From positions 1 through 64,000 of IMG/VR virus record IMGVR_UViG_3300032770_000001: a DNA stretch of 64,000 nucleotides; one strand, given 5' to 3'. Shown one piece after another: positions 55,201 to 64,000 of the stretch. Position 1 is the first letter of the stretch. Every line of letters starts with the position of its first letter. Below the pieces are notes generated by a model. The model was not told where the DNA came from and did no database searches. It saw nothing but the letters and a program-made list of their open reading frames with translations. A program made the position numbers and the translations under genes.

Positions 55201-56841
55201 CGAAGATGTAGCAAAAGCCTCAAGATTCCACTTGTAGCCGATCAGCGAACCTGTCGGGAACGTGATGGGCACCGTGACAGACGGGGTCGTCGAATTCAAG
55301 ACGATGTTGCTCGGAGCAGCAATCGTAGGTTCCAACGCCGAACCCTTGGTCACCGTGAAAGTGATGGTGATATTTTCACCACCTGCAAGTTCCGCAACCG
55401 GGGTCGAGAACGTAGCATTGATCGTATCGCCCGTGTAACCCTGCTCGGCTGCCGCACTGAGACCAATTTTGACCGCATTGGTGCCAAGCCATGTCGTGCC
55501 GCCGTTATAGACGTAGAAGTCTGTAATCGGAATAGAGAACGTATCCAGAGGGTTGTTCAAATGGTCTTGAACTTGGAGTGTTGCCGTAACTTGAGTTGCA
55601 CTTGCGGCACCCGATACCGAGATTGCCAATGTTGGGATGGTGCCGTTCGCAGGGATCGAGCCGGACAATGCACCACCGACAACGTTGACCGTACCACTGG
55701 TTGTGGTGATGGTGTATAGATAATTCAAACCCAGAGGATCAGCGGTGAGCCCTTGCAGGTAATGAACCTGAGAATCAAAGTAGACCTGACCTTCGGTCGG
55801 ACCTGTGGTTTGATCGGTATAAACGTTGATGCCTACGTCAAGCGTACCCGCTTTGATCGTGTTCGATTTGTAAGTCAGCGTCGTCTGGAATGCACGATCC
55901 GGCTCATCATAGAACGAACCCACCTGATAGGCAGCAATCGGAATCGAAACCGTTGCGGGGCTGCCACTGTCAAGCGTAATGCCGCCTGCGAGGGCAGTAT
56001 TCGAACCGAAACTCGGATCGGTAACACGGAACAACAGATTGTTCTGCGAGCCCGTAATCCACTTCAGTCCGGGCACCAAAGCGTTCAACGGAGCAGCCGG
56101 GGACGTGAAGCCCTGCATCAAGAACTGAACTGGACTGGCTGGTGAACCGAACAGACCCAGCGGATTGATGACCACGTCGGCAACTGTGCTATCGTATGAC
56201 TGTGCCGTGATGGTCGAGCCGCTGACCGTCAGGTTCGTATTCGTTGCGGTCGCAACATGGGTTTCGACAACAGCGGAGGCGTTATTCAAAGTCAGCGTAG
56301 TAGCTGTTGAAGCAACACACAGAAATGTTCCATTATTTGCGGAAGTTACAAAACCTAAGACTGCAAAAGAATCCCCCGCGAATGCGTTGTTTGCACCGCC
56401 AGTAATCGTACCCGTGTAAACAGCGGTTGAACCGACCGATGTGGCGACGGATGTCAGTTGTAAAGAGGCATTAGGTGTGAGCGACAAGGATAACGGGGTC
56501 TTGACTTCGAGGAAAATCGGATAACGAACCGTGGTTGCACCATCGGTCGCCTGAATGTAGAACTCGTAAGGAACCGCTTGGAATGTCGCAGTCGTGAAAT
56601 TGATGGTGCAGATTGTGTTCTGTACGCCGGAAATGACGATTGCGATCCAAGATGGGGCATTCACCAATGACCAAGTGATGCCTGCGATCTGCCCTGCACC
56701 CGTCAATGTGCCGAGTGTGCCGGACTGTTGAGAAGCGACACGTACTGACAGACCGCTACCGCTGGTGACGGGCGGCGTCGGATTCAGAGGCAGCACCAAG
56801 TTCGGTTGGTGCGTAAAGTTCGGTGTTATTCCCAGTGCCAT
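49207..56841 (-). CDS. giant (2544 aa) putative-Ig (He_PIG-like) repeat virion protein
   Basis: repeated L.I.T.SLP...G.PY......GG..PYTW......LP.G..L...G.LSGTP. Confidence 0.85.
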   Translation of the reverse strand: MALGITPNFTHQPNLVLPLNPTPPVTSGSGLSVRVASQQSGTLGTLTGAGQIAGITWSLVNAPSWIAIVISGVQNTICTINFTTATFQAVPYEFYIQATDGATTVRYPIFLEVKTPLSLSLTPNASLQLTSVATSVGSTAVYTGTITGGANNAFAGDSFAVLGFVTSANNGTFLCVASTATTLTLNNASAVVETHVATATNTNLTVSGSTITAQSYDSTVADVVINPLGLFGSPASPVQFLMQGFTSPAAPLNALVPGLKWITGSQNNLLFRVTDPSFGSNTALAGGITLDSGSPATVSIPIAAYQVGSFYDEPDRAFQTTLTYKSNTIKAGTLDVGINVYTDQTTGPTEGQVYFDSQVHYLQGLTADPLGLNYLYTITTTSGTVNVVGGALSGSIPANGTIPTLAISVSGAASATQVTATLQVQDHLNNPLDTFSIPITDFYVYNGGTTWLGTNAVKIGLSAAAEQGYTGDTINATFSTPVAELAGGENITITFTVTKGSALEPTIAAPSNIVLNSTTPSVTVPITFPTGSLIGYKWNLEAFATSSVAGRLGYAQALFLANGAAPLLGTTDGNPAHTIPTAIASNTGSSIVPVPLVAINNDPNSPNYQNPVSPVLWELVGAPDGLFIQQVGGGFQLQGNALQAGSYPFQISMTASGFQRSYTPTITLTVSTVQTPLVVSGVAANVQNIPDNSLFTINWATSGNAQTLDLLQSPSATPIYNVLGDTTYNVTQIGTCVYSVYGTSFYGTSYGVPIIVISSSASTTGQLPSAPAVGLIDENFNFTLNFQPLVGPDGTYDQYKGWNITTINPPSAPVITFKPAALNAGETESSRVYNTILTSGTYQLNMQGLSNDTTQALNSNLWEFNGTVTNLQFPNAIGSTDVTFDNTTVELGQTVNITLQPTYTGADQWQIVFPDNTTTGWLPLSSSVVAKQFQTAGGLPIIVQTRKLYNSVGYIPQVVLLRQRTFQLFVLDQEFNPQAAIQSALTGTLGIGGAQGFEIVDATSGTVTPNPWLVVARGVVRDTQTNELKLVVGDTRFSNASSLLGTGAFDVFPIEGRPKALEFITPVYINTVTSTTSATPVKITTTALPGNIVVGKPMAEFQLQTNNGGTQPYIWFSDSLPPGVRLSVNGVLSGTPLQLGTFSINFAVQDSSTPFYIAETTLTMLVQTDLLIADTSIPNATVGTPYNHQMTLGNAVGGSTVGGLAPYTWNIAAGALPIGIIIDPNTGLLSGVPCTYNSTSDFATGFLFTATVQVTDSIGAKASRTYSISLLPEALTLGYAGKVDQPTIYCDQDFKLTVPVFGGFSPYTLVSFVDDGVVGSGLTIINPIDVDVVHNIASTLVELTAAGGVPPYTFALAAETSLDFPPFRGSGGTITPQALANQFAFGTTGIAVGQYETRFVVIDSATPANSANVKIPITVADPTIFQILTQNQEYATPNITNPAAWNTGFTYLVGDVVSSGGNNYIAIAINSAQIPPNVNYWAPYVGQTIIPLSAVGPNPVATWAIDPATTSMPGASLLGSGANTLLTFSFPGFGSWTVGLQVTDTLGNTLTTTLLLTVLLSRPFQLADGQIEIMAAPTPAQTGGHTFTVTVRDSNPVSPQTLAQQFNYNAASPIAVIGIGAGSTTQETAYFDHYWTENDITSVPLPITPPGAGYSIGTFNPPLPSNGLVVSLNNTNPSAPIVSTAGAPTSFNNSEVFIPLAIQQGATLAATLTRQYTLLAHDDLGVAGDIGQVAIQTRPYIVGDAVGLNPQKPWFNSPNIFKNINWTARVQKGSQLPPGLSLDANTSLIYGQLVGVAVTPTSVIEYVDASGTIHGTVTITWDTQASAFNLSTQNLVSAQILQAYGSITLPTTSPVPLTAASAYRGRLPLGMTFSFDANTPPNVILSGTPTEAGFFDIWISATNANSQSAYIYYRLTVDYINPLTIVTTSLPSIVTGQPYFATFQGTGGVPPYTWALDITSPALPTGITLSSAGVLSGTTAVGAYNQNIVVNLTDSETPTVTVQAIINLNINNTLRIVNVPPFPAIIPGQPYFYQVLAEGGTQFTGPSGPYNWAITGGSLPSGILFNTQNGTPVACVPGGAFSGVTSNPSFTSSVTVQVTDAVAATASASGTLATGAASGMTIDDSGVGVINRGVPYLGTLMATGTFVMPTSAANAITWQVVTSTCASNPLPTGLNLQANASNFGLTAAITGTYSGAALVNYPVEILATDSVGHTAVIIVDLNTGTDLAITNTSLPVGSVGGSYPPPSGGGYQMTASGGVAPYTWSITSPTPPVDGLSISSSGLITGSPTAVFNSNVTFQVSDSLIPPNTVTKALNLTVQNSTLALQAPFTLSFTSGRAGTQTITASGGFTPYSFSVASGQLPNGLNLNASSGVISGTTTATGSTSVTLKVTDNTGAINTHVYTINVVSGLTLQTGIDFADSTSNNILGYIDNGNVTSIPPQNPNLAFYVVATGVISTSPSQLTITVPATFSATVISLVSGTAKIQLSGPFTTGSAYPTANNFSVSVTDSGVTATATFKWYVYNDGALVLKPTSGNLPTKLTTAT

Positions 56842-56850
56842 TGTTTATCC

Positions 56851-59800
56851 TTACAACTGCGTTACGATGTTCGAGGAGGAGTCTGCCGTGACGCCGCCAA
56901 GGAACGGATTCGTTTGTACTGTACGTGCCAAGGTTGAGTTCGCTTCCAGCACCGCTGAACCAGCCGTCTGGAAGTCTGCCGAGACCGTGATGTTGCTGTT
57001 TAATTCAGCCTGAGCCACAACAGTAGTAGCCACGATATTTGTTTCTTCCAAATTGCTGGTGTTGTGGCTTTCCAGAACCAGACTCGATCCACGCTCAGCA
57101 ATATAGAACGGGCCGGGGTTGGCTCCAGCGTCCACAGCCAGATTGATGCTGTTCGCCGTCAAAGTCGTGCCGCCCGTGATGATGAAACCCAAACCGGAAT
57201 CCGGTAGCTGGATCAAACCGCTGTCCAAGATTACGCCACAAGCTTCTTCAAACGACCCGGCTTGGAGGTTATCCACGAAGCTGCAATTGACGAACTGAAC
57301 GTCTGCGTTCTTCGCCTTAATCGCCGCGTTCGCACCGCCACTGAAACCAACGAACTTAATGCCGTTGAAAATGCAGCGGCTTGTGTCTGTGTAGAATGCA
57401 TACGTCGGGCCGTTACCGAATCCAGCGAAGCCTGTCGCATCGATGGTGATCTGATCGTTGGTCGGTGCTCCGGACTGAATTGAAATGACCAGACGACCTT
57501 CGTCATGAATTACACGGGACAAATTAGCCAGTGCGTAAACAACCGAACTTTCGCTCACGCCGTCTCCCAACGCAATTTGCTCCATGTTGTTCTGGAGGTT
57601 TTTGATGAGATATGGTGAGCCGTTGTCGATAAGTTCGATGACGCATGGGTGACGGAGCACTGGAGGCAACTCAGCAACAGCCGACTGAATAGTCAGCTTC
57701 GCTGTGCTCGGTGTCAAACCAGTGTTGTTATCGTTGCCAGTGTTGTTATTCACATACAGCGTGATCGGAGCAATCGTAGACTGCAAATTCTGTCCCAAAA
57801 CTGTCTTGACTGTCGGGGACGCAATCGCAAAACCGATGTGCGGAATTGCCGTGGCAAAACCACGTCCGCCTGTGGCGGTTGAAATCATACGGATCGTCTT
57901 GCGAGTGTCTTTGTTCATCGGCGGAATGAAATCATTCGTGTGCAATGGAGCTAAAAACGTATGCTCTACGTTGTTCACGCGCATGGCGACGTAGTTAGAG
58001 TCGAAGAACGAAGCCAGCGGCTCATTCGTCAGAGTCGCGTCATTCCAACCGGACTGCTTGGGAAGCATCAAGGCAATTGGCAGTTCACGGTTGTACGGGT
58101 AAATGTCCTGCAAACCGACAATCGGTGCCGTGCCTGTGCCGTTGGTCGTAATGAGTGCGTTGTCTTCCGCGTGTACGAATTCGTAATCGCGATTCAACAC
58201 GGCCTCACCCTGATATGGAACGTAATGAGATTGCACGACCAGATAAGACGCTGGATCGAATGCCGGAAGAATCGAGCCGACGAGGAAGAACTTGCTGGTA
58301 GTCAGATTGCCCGGAGCAACGAGGGTGATAATTCCGTTGCTGAATGTTGCACTCTGCAACTGAACGGCATTGAGGTTGCCCGTGTTGTCCGAAACCCAAA
58401 GCAGACGATTCGCGTCATCACCAGCCACGCCTTTGATTTCGCAGCCATTGGAATCGAGGATGATCGTGGTTGTATTTGCTGTGGCGTCATAACCTGCCTG
58501 TGTGATTGGGTTAGGCTGAATCACGCTTATGCGCTGATCTATCGGGAAGTTCGGATCGGTGGTGTAGTTACCCATCAGAACCGTCTCTTCCACCTGCGTC
58601 ACGCCGCGAACCGGAGCATTGTATGCCAACTGCGCCGTGTTCTGAGCAAGCACGGAAGCAATCACCGTAGTCGGTGCCACACCCTGAATAGTGAAGATCG
58701 ACTGGGTGCCGTTCATGACGCGGGACGAGATCGTCAAATTGGTTCCTGTGTTCGCATCCCAACAAGTCGTAACGTACAGACCGTCCACGTTCTCATTTAG
58801 ATTGATGCGATCAATAACGAAGGTTGTGATCGTGTTACCGCCGACCGTTTGCTGCGTGCCGGAAGAACCCGGAATTGACAACCAAATCTTGGTGCCGAAA
58901 ATGATGTCCGAGTATTCCGGACTGACCGCCCATACCTGAAGTGCCTGCAAAGCATTTTGTGGAGCTTGCGCCTGATATTCCGAGATGCCGTACACGGGCA
59001 TCGTGATGCCAGAGATACTGTCAAACAGAACGCCGCCATCCACCACGTAGGGAACTTGATGCAGGTCGATGCCAGAACCAGCCGGGTACTGGACGCCGAT
59101 AGTGGCGTAGAGGTTGTTGGTGCCGGGATCGAATTGGGTGCCGCCCAGAGCCTTAATTAACTGCACCGTCACCGACTTGGAACCCAGTCCATTGATCGAT
59201 ACCTGACCTTGAAGCAGTGCCGCAGGGGTAGTAAATCCTGTAACGGAATCTGTGTGCAGCGCCGTCACCGTGATCGTTGAAATCACAGCGTTAGAGGACT
59301 GTGGCAGCGTGATGGTGAATGAGTCACCTTGTGGCGGACCACTGACCCACGGCGATCCGTTGGTACCGAGAGATTTCTGATTGATCGAGATCGCCTGCGT
59401 GGATGTATAAGTACGCACGTCGCTGCTGAAACCGTTGGCGAATCCATCCCATGTGCCGACACGATCCACGTTGGTAGAAACGAAAGTCGTTGGAGCCATC
59501 GCAGTGTAGTAACTCAAAGCCGAGCCTACAACCTCAGGCTTGTTGCCCGGTGCTTGACCGCGAGACAGAGCCAACTGCGTCTTACCCTGTACAAGGTCAC
59601 CGAACCCATTGCGGCAAAGCAAATCCATATCCCAGCCGACAAGACTCGAAGTAGAGCGAGTGTCCACAACATTGTCAGGAAGAATCTGATCGGCAAGACG
59701 TGAGTCGTAACGACCCGACAGGCCGGACGAAAGCATACCATTCACCGTACCCGGAGGAGCCGGGAAGGGTGGATTGGGATCGGCGCAACCCAGCGGGTTG

Positions 59801-60696
59801 TTCACGATGTCGAAGTATCCACGGTTGCGCTGGAAGATAACTGCCAGCGGGAATGCGTAGCTGTAGCCGTCCATCGTGCCCAATGAGTTGTTGACATTGC
59901 CATCGCCTGCACGCCACACGCCCGTGTCGCCATTGATCGATCCCATGTTCGTGAACTGATAAATCGTCTGCTGGATCGGATTTGGGTTGGTGGTCTGTGC
60001 GTACACGATCTCGGTCGGAAGTGCGCCCGGATCGAGACCGTACTGATACTTCGTGAAATCATAACTGACCGCGACGGGCTGGATGTTGATGTTCCATTGG
60101 ATTTGCGCACGTTCGGTAGTGAACAATCCTTGGAACGGATCAATGCTGTCATCAGGAATCAGGTTGGCATTTGTGGTCGCCGGACTGATGCCGCCATACG
60201 GGAAAAAGTAACGCAGCCCTGTGTTGATGTCGGTGTAATAACCTGCTCCGGTGGTCGGATTCAATGTCTGGTACCACAGTTCGACAAACGCGATGTAGAT
60301 GTTGCAGTCCTGAGAGGTCTGCCCCAGTGCCCAGAACTGAGGTTGCTGATTCGGGCCGAGCACAACCTGATTCTTGGTCAGATCGGTGGAGTCTTGTCCG
60401 GCGATGGTGATGACCTCGCCACGGAAGAGGATGTCGAACGCTGGAACCACGAAACTGCTTGGAGCCAGAGGCGTGAACTGAAATGGTGTGTACGTCAGGC
60501 AGCCGGAGGTCGTTGTGTCGTTAAGAAGTCGCTGACGTTTGTAGCTCTGAAGGTCTTGGGTAAGGTTTATGTCGGCGTCAGTGATTTGTTTGTCGTGAAG
60601 TGCGACAACCGTAACCAGAGCCTTGTTCGTCGGATCAAGTGTCCGGCTGACGATTCCGGGGTAAGTGATCTGCGTGTCGAAAGTGTTGCTTGCCAT
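56851..60696 (-). CDS. large structural (baseplate/tail) protein (1281 aa)
   Basis: in structural operon; SRTLDP......VV......I.DAD.NL.QD N-terminus. Confidence 0.7.
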   Translation of the reverse strand: MASNTFDTQITYPGIVSRTLDPTNKALVTVVALHDKQITDADINLTQDLQSYKRQRLLNDTTTSGCLTYTPFQFTPLAPSSFVVPAFDILFRGEVITIAGQDSTDLTKNQVVLGPNQQPQFWALGQTSQDCNIYIAFVELWYQTLNPTTGAGYYTDINTGLRYFFPYGGISPATTNANLIPDDSIDPFQGLFTTERAQIQWNINIQPVAVSYDFTKYQYGLDPGALPTEIVYAQTTNPNPIQQTIYQFTNMGSINGDTGVWRAGDGNVNNSLGTMDGYSYAFPLAVIFQRNRGYFDIVNNPLGCADPNPPFPAPPGTVNGMLSSGLSGRYDSRLADQILPDNVVDTRSTSSLVGWDMDLLCRNGFGDLVQGKTQLALSRGQAPGNKPEVVGSALSYYTAMAPTTFVSTNVDRVGTWDGFANGFSSDVRTYTSTQAISINQKSLGTNGSPWVSGPPQGDSFTITLPQSSNAVISTITVTALHTDSVTGFTTPAALLQGQVSINGLGSKSVTVQLIKALGGTQFDPGTNNLYATIGVQYPAGSGIDLHQVPYVVDGGVLFDSISGITMPVYGISEYQAQAPQNALQALQVWAVSPEYSDIIFGTKIWLSIPGSSGTQQTVGGNTITTFVIDRINLNENVDGLYVTTCWDANTGTNLTISSRVMNGTQSIFTIQGVAPTTVIASVLAQNTAQLAYNAPVRGVTQVEETVLMGNYTTDPNFPIDQRISVIQPNPITQAGYDATANTTTIILDSNGCEIKGVAGDDANRLLWVSDNTGNLNAVQLQSATFSNGIITLVAPGNLTTSKFFLVGSILPAFDPASYLVVQSHYVPYQGEAVLNRDYEFVHAEDNALITTNGTGTAPIVGLQDIYPYNRELPIALMLPKQSGWNDATLTNEPLASFFDSNYVAMRVNNVEHTFLAPLHTNDFIPPMNKDTRKTIRMISTATGGRGFATAIPHIGFAIASPTVKTVLGQNLQSTIAPITLYVNNNTGNDNNTGLTPSTAKLTIQSAVAELPPVLRHPCVIELIDNGSPYLIKNLQNNMEQIALGDGVSESSVVYALANLSRVIHDEGRLVISIQSGAPTNDQITIDATGFAGFGNGPTYAFYTDTSRCIFNGIKFVGFSGGANAAIKAKNADVQFVNCSFVDNLQAGSFEEACGVILDSGLIQLPDSGLGFIITGGTTLTANSINLAVDAGANPGPFYIAERGSSLVLESHNTSNLEETNIVATTVVAQAELNSNITVSADFQTAGSAVLEANSTLARTVQTNPFLGGVTADSSSNIVTQL

Positions 60697-60699
60697 TCG

Positions 60700-61236
60700 T
60701 TATGCCTTTGCCGACTTTTTGTTTGCCTGAAAGCTTCCGGCTCTCAGCAGAAAATCAATGAACCCCTGATATGACATGTCCGACTTCGCGTGACTGCATA
60801 TCTTGCAGCAGCTAACCACGTTGTCAGCGACGTAGCCCCGGCTGTTTTCCTTCCGGTCGATGCCGTTGTAAGCGAAGGTCACGTTCGTCCATTTCACGAT
60901 CTGAAGAATTGAAGGCTCAGCACCGCAGTAATGACAATTGCCTACCAGCAGCGCATTTGCTTCATCCTCGCTCAATGACCATTCAAGCCCCCGCTTCCCG
61001 GCGTTGCTTCTATACCGGGAAAGTACCATGTTCCGAAGAACGTAAAACGGGGCACTGTACTTTCGCCGCAACTCGCGTCTCAAACAGCCGCAACTTCTGG
61101 TGCGCCCACGCTTTAGGGCGTCATAGGCCACGACTTTTCGAGGACTGCCGCAGTCGCACTGGACAACCGCATCTGATCCGATACGCTGCCAAATGACTAG
61201 GCGTCCGAACCTCTCCAGTTTCGGCATCTCTACCAT
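60700..61236 (-). CDS. HNH homing endonuclease, paralog 1
   Basis: RFGRL....CDCG...SCGCL; CHYCG...NGIDR.EN..GY...NVV.CC..C..AK. Confidence 0.85.
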   Translation of the reverse strand: MVEMPKLERFGRLVIWQRIGSDAVVQCDCGSPRKVVAYDALKRGRTRSCGCLRRELRRKYSAPFYVLRNMVLSRYRSNAGKRGLEWSLSEDEANALLVGNCHYCGAEPSILQIVKWTNVTFAYNGIDRKENSRGYVADNVVSCCKICSHAKSDMSYQGFIDFLLRAGSFQANKKSAKA

Positions 61237-61324
61237 AGGGGTCGATAGTTCGAATTTCTCTTCCGACCGATAAAACAAAGTCGAAGCCCGAATTTTGGCT
61301 ACCTCATTCCTTAACAGAGGCACC

Positions 61325-61876
61325 ATGGCATACGACTATCTCGATCAGGACATCATCGCAACGGCGCTCATCCAGCCTTACGATAACGACAGCTTTTACA
61401 ATCCCGTCGTGAACCTGCATACTGGATTCGCGGTGGACGGGACGCACTACACGAACGGGGTGCAGGATGCTGGTCCGGTTTACGCCTCGTGGTACACCGA
61501 GTTCGGAACACCCAATGACCCATACCGGGACGATCAGGCAGTATTCCCCACCTATGGTTTAATACTGCTCTCAAAGGTCTCGATGGTGATCTTGGATGAA
61601 ACGACTCCGGCAACGAACGCCAACCAATTGAAGCTCTGGATGCAGTTCCTCCTGTCAGACAACTTCATGTTGGCAAACAACTTCAATAGCTCTCTTCAGG
61701 GCTTTACCCCTTCCGGACTTGCTTACGCGGATGGCATCGTCTCAGTCATCTACACGCCCGATGCCGGGAACCAGTCGCCGAGCAGCCCTCCGGTACCGAC
61801 CGATAGCGCACAGTCCACAATGGTGGTAAGTATCGATTTCTCAACCGATAGCGCCTATCTCGACGTAGCTTTGTAA
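61325..61876 (+). CDS. hypothetical protein upstream of the lysin
   Basis: GAGG SD; divergent from the structural operon. Confidence 0.65.
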   Translation: MAYDYLDQDIIATALIQPYDNDSFYNPVVNLHTGFAVDGTHYTNGVQDAGPVYASWYTEFGTPNDPYRDDQAVFPTYGLILLSKVSMVILDETTPATNANQLKLWMQFLLSDNFMLANNFNSSLQGFTPSGLAYADGIVSVIYTPDAGNQSPSSPPVPTDSAQSTMVVSIDFSTDSAYLDVAL

Positions 61877-61932
61877 ATTTCCGGATTCTTCCACTAACTT
61901 CCAGATTCTCTTAACAGAAGGGATTGAAGGAC

Positions 61933-62721
61933 ATGGCACTCACCGACCAGCAACAACTCGAACTTTGCGTTCAAATCACAGGCTCATTTGAGGGCGGCAC
62001 GCCCCACTACACGGACCTCACAGGCAATCAGGATGGGCAGGGGCTCTCCGCAGGCGTCCTCCAGTGGAACGCCGGACAGGGTACCCTCCAAAGCCTGCTC
62101 GTGAACAACATCGCCCCCAAGATGGGTTGGGACAAGATGCAGACCTTTTTCAAGTCCGACATCCACCACTTCGCCATGCTCCGGGGACAAGACGCCATTC
62201 AATGGTGTCTGGATCACTACATCGAATCCGGCTCAACGCACGTCGCGGCAGCGGCGGCTCAGTGCTGGACTGCGATGCTCGGTCAACCGGAATCGGTAGC
62301 CGGACAAGTGGAAGCCGCCAAGAACTGGCAGTTGATGCGTGCCAACAAATTAGCAGCGCAGTACGCTCCAGACTTTCCGGGCTCCAGCCGCGTGCTGGCT
62401 TTCTTCTTCGATGTGGTAGTTCAGGAAGGTGGAATGATTACGCAGCACGGCTCAGTACAGCCGCTCCCGGCTGGCAGCGATCCTGACTGTTCCGCAGCCC
62501 TGCAACTGGCTCAGGCTAACAGCCCCCACACCCAAGCGATTTGGCAAGCAGCCACAGGCGGGGATCGACTGGCACGTTTGCTCCTGTACTACGGCTATCA
62601 GCGTGCGCTTTTGGGGAATCCGACCTACTTGTGGGATGCGTGTTCTCGACGTGGCTCGATTGCCTGTCGAGGCGGGATCGTGCACAACACGAAGGTGGAC
62701 TTTACTTCGTTGCTGGATTAA
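61933..62721 (+). CDS. lysozyme-like peptidoglycan hydrolase (putative endolysin)
   Basis: ITGSFEGG..Y..L.GN.DGQGLS.G.LQWN.GQG.LQ.LL; FD..VQ.G. Confidence 0.7.
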   Translation: MALTDQQQLELCVQITGSFEGGTPHYTDLTGNQDGQGLSAGVLQWNAGQGTLQSLLVNNIAPKMGWDKMQTFFKSDIHHFAMLRGQDAIQWCLDHYIESGSTHVAAAAAQCWTAMLGQPESVAGQVEAAKNWQLMRANKLAAQYAPDFPGSSRVLAFFFDVVVQEGGMITQHGSVQPLPAGSDPDCSAALQLAQANSPHTQAIWQAATGGDRLARLLLYYGYQRALLGNPTYLWDACSRRGSIACRGGIVHNTKVDFTSLLD

Positions 62722-63079
62722 GCGACCGTTCCCACTCACTGATCTCGGCATCGACAATGCCGATGTCAATCGCGTGCTCTTCTTGAAGACGCTTACGGTA
62801 CGATCTCAATTCATTGATGCGGGTCTCTGCCTGAATTCCGGGCATCTTGTCCTTGCGATACGCCCGTGCAAGACAACGGCCTAACGCACAATCCGGGCAA
62901 CTGATGATGTCCTCTCCCGATGCACTGGTGAAGTTCAATTTGCAACGTTCACAGACATAGTCGTACATGGTGACGCTCATAGATTCCTCTCGTACACGGG
63001 CGGACAAATGAGTCAGTGGGTGATCCTTACCGAAAAAGTCAGTCAATACGTCGCCTAGATCGAAGGGTCTGTCTTTCAC
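62702..63079 (-). CDS. FmdB-like Zn-ribbon protein
   Basis: YDYVCERC.......CPDC. Confidence 0.55.
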   Translation of the reverse strand: MKDRPFDLGDVLTDFFGKDHPLTHLSARVREESMSVTMYDYVCERCKLNFTSASGEDIISCPDCALGRCLARAYRKDKMPGIQAETRINELRSYRKRLQEEHAIDIGIVDAEISEWERSLNPATK

Positions 63080-63366
63080 GGAAGCGGCCCGCCTGCTTCG
63101 GCACGAACTCGATTGGTTTCCTCGCGATCTTCAATGGCAGCGAGTTCGTCGGCGTTCGTGGCTCCAGTTCGAGGATCAGGTTGACGGACGGTACGAGCCA
63201 TCGCTTGAAGCTGCTCATCGGTGTAATGCTGAGCCTTCTTGACAGCGAAGTCGTTGAGGTAATAGAGGGCTTGCCCCTCTTCCGGGTCAATGCCCCCTGC
63301 TGAGTATCGCTTGATGACCAACTGCAAATACTCGTGCAGGTCATCGGGTAATTGAATCACGACCAT
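63076..63366 (-). CDS. hypothetical protein
   Basis: coupled ORF. Confidence 0.55.
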   Translation of the reverse strand: MVVIQLPDDLHEYLQLVIKRYSAGGIDPEEGQALYYLNDFAVKKAQHYTDEQLQAMARTVRQPDPRTGATNADELAAIEDREETNRVRAEAGGPLP

Positions 63367-63367
63367 T

Positions 63368-63916
63368 TCAACAATCCTTTCGAGCTAGATGAGCGGCACT
63401 CCGTTGCACCCACATAACGAAATCCTCATACGACATATCGCTTTTCGCTCGATTACACACGTGACAGCACGGAACAACGTTGGTCTCGGTGTAACCAATC
63501 GAGTTCTTAACTCTGTCAATACCATTGTAAGTGAATTTTCCGGATTTCACAACATAGGTTTTGAGTGGCTCCACTCCACAGTAATGACAGGGGCTTGCAG
63601 TGAGAACATCGAACTGCTCCGACGTTAGCTCCCAAGACAATCCTCGGTTCTGCGCTGAGCGAATGTAGTTTGCCCAAATTTGATTTCTCGCCCGTACTCC
63701 CGGTTCCAGCAAGCGATTGACTTTCCGGCTTTCGGCCCAAAGGCACCCGCAGCTTCGGGTTCTGCCTTTACGTAGTGCACTTCCCGGCACTACCTTTTCA
63801 ACACCGCAGGCGCAGAGAACTCGCCATTGAACTTCGCCCCACGGCGAATCCTCGCTCCTGCTAAGGACGGTAAGTCTTTCGAACTGCTTCCCAACGAGAT
63901 CGATAAATCTACCCAT
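63368..63916 (-). CDS. HNH homing endonuclease, paralog 2
   Basis: DLVGKQFERLTV...C.CG...SCGCL; CHYCG...NGIDRV.N..GY...NVVPCC..CNRAK. Confidence 0.88.
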   Translation of the reverse strand: MGRFIDLVGKQFERLTVLSRSEDSPWGEVQWRVLCACGVEKVVPGSALRKGRTRSCGCLWAESRKVNRLLEPGVRARNQIWANYIRSAQNRGLSWELTSEQFDVLTASPCHYCGVEPLKTYVVKSGKFTYNGIDRVKNSIGYTETNVVPCCHVCNRAKSDMSYEDFVMWVQRSAAHLARKDC

Positions 63917-64000
63917 ACATTACAATACTGGATAGTCGATCAATTACTACTCCTGCTGGAGAATGGGAAGAGTAGTCGGCGTATTGAGAATCGCCGGGTC

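Noticed and set aside
61301-61920. Phage late-promoter consensus (CTTAACAGA before both + strand lysis-region genes)
   Set aside because: Only two clear copies, and I could not find a consistent match upstream of the minus-strand structural genes by eye; needs a motif search.
1-64000. Genome-wide TAG reassignment (code 15), suggested by two CUA tRNAs
   Set aside because: TAG ends complete genes (e.g. UvrD at 5203; readthrough would hit TGA two codons later), and 1-7 kb ORFs are open in code 11 with no internal TAG. Only the Pth gene shows an internal amber.

Overview
64 kb of a large (jumbo-type) tailed phage genome, coded almost entirely on the minus strand in the standard genetic code. Several secreted or surface proteins (TonB-C, an LPDAP-motif protein, putative-Ig repeats, OmpA-like) weakly suggest an Acidobacteriota-like host; this is inference. 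0-36 kb is an accessory region. It holds the Nampt + NadM/Nudix NAD salvage pair, a UvrD helicase, a PP2C phosphatase, two HExxH peptidases, a 5-hmdU-kinase-helical (aGPT-PPase) protein, a DUF4365 cassette flanked by 25-bp direct repeats, many small ORFs, two tRNA clusters and a circularly permuted (two-piece) tmRNA. 35-61 kb is a baseplate/tail module with very large Thr-rich proteins, one ending in a Hint domain, plus free-standing GIY-YIG and HNH endonucleases. A lysozyme-like gene follows on the + strand. The most striking signal is a translation-control system. (i) A Pth2-fold gene is interrupted by an in-frame TAG after codon 8. It heads an array in which every tRNA-like gene is atypical: two CUA amber suppressors, three CCA-ending anticodon-less mini-tRNAs/minihelices (32, 46 and 50 nt), a tRNA whose anticodon arm can close as a GNRA hairpin, and a Lys tRNA with A33. 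(ii) A Thr-rich leader peptide with a terminator/antiterminator pair lies upstream of the cluster carrying three tRNA-Thr isoacceptors. All family assignments are from motif recognition by eye; no database searches were run.
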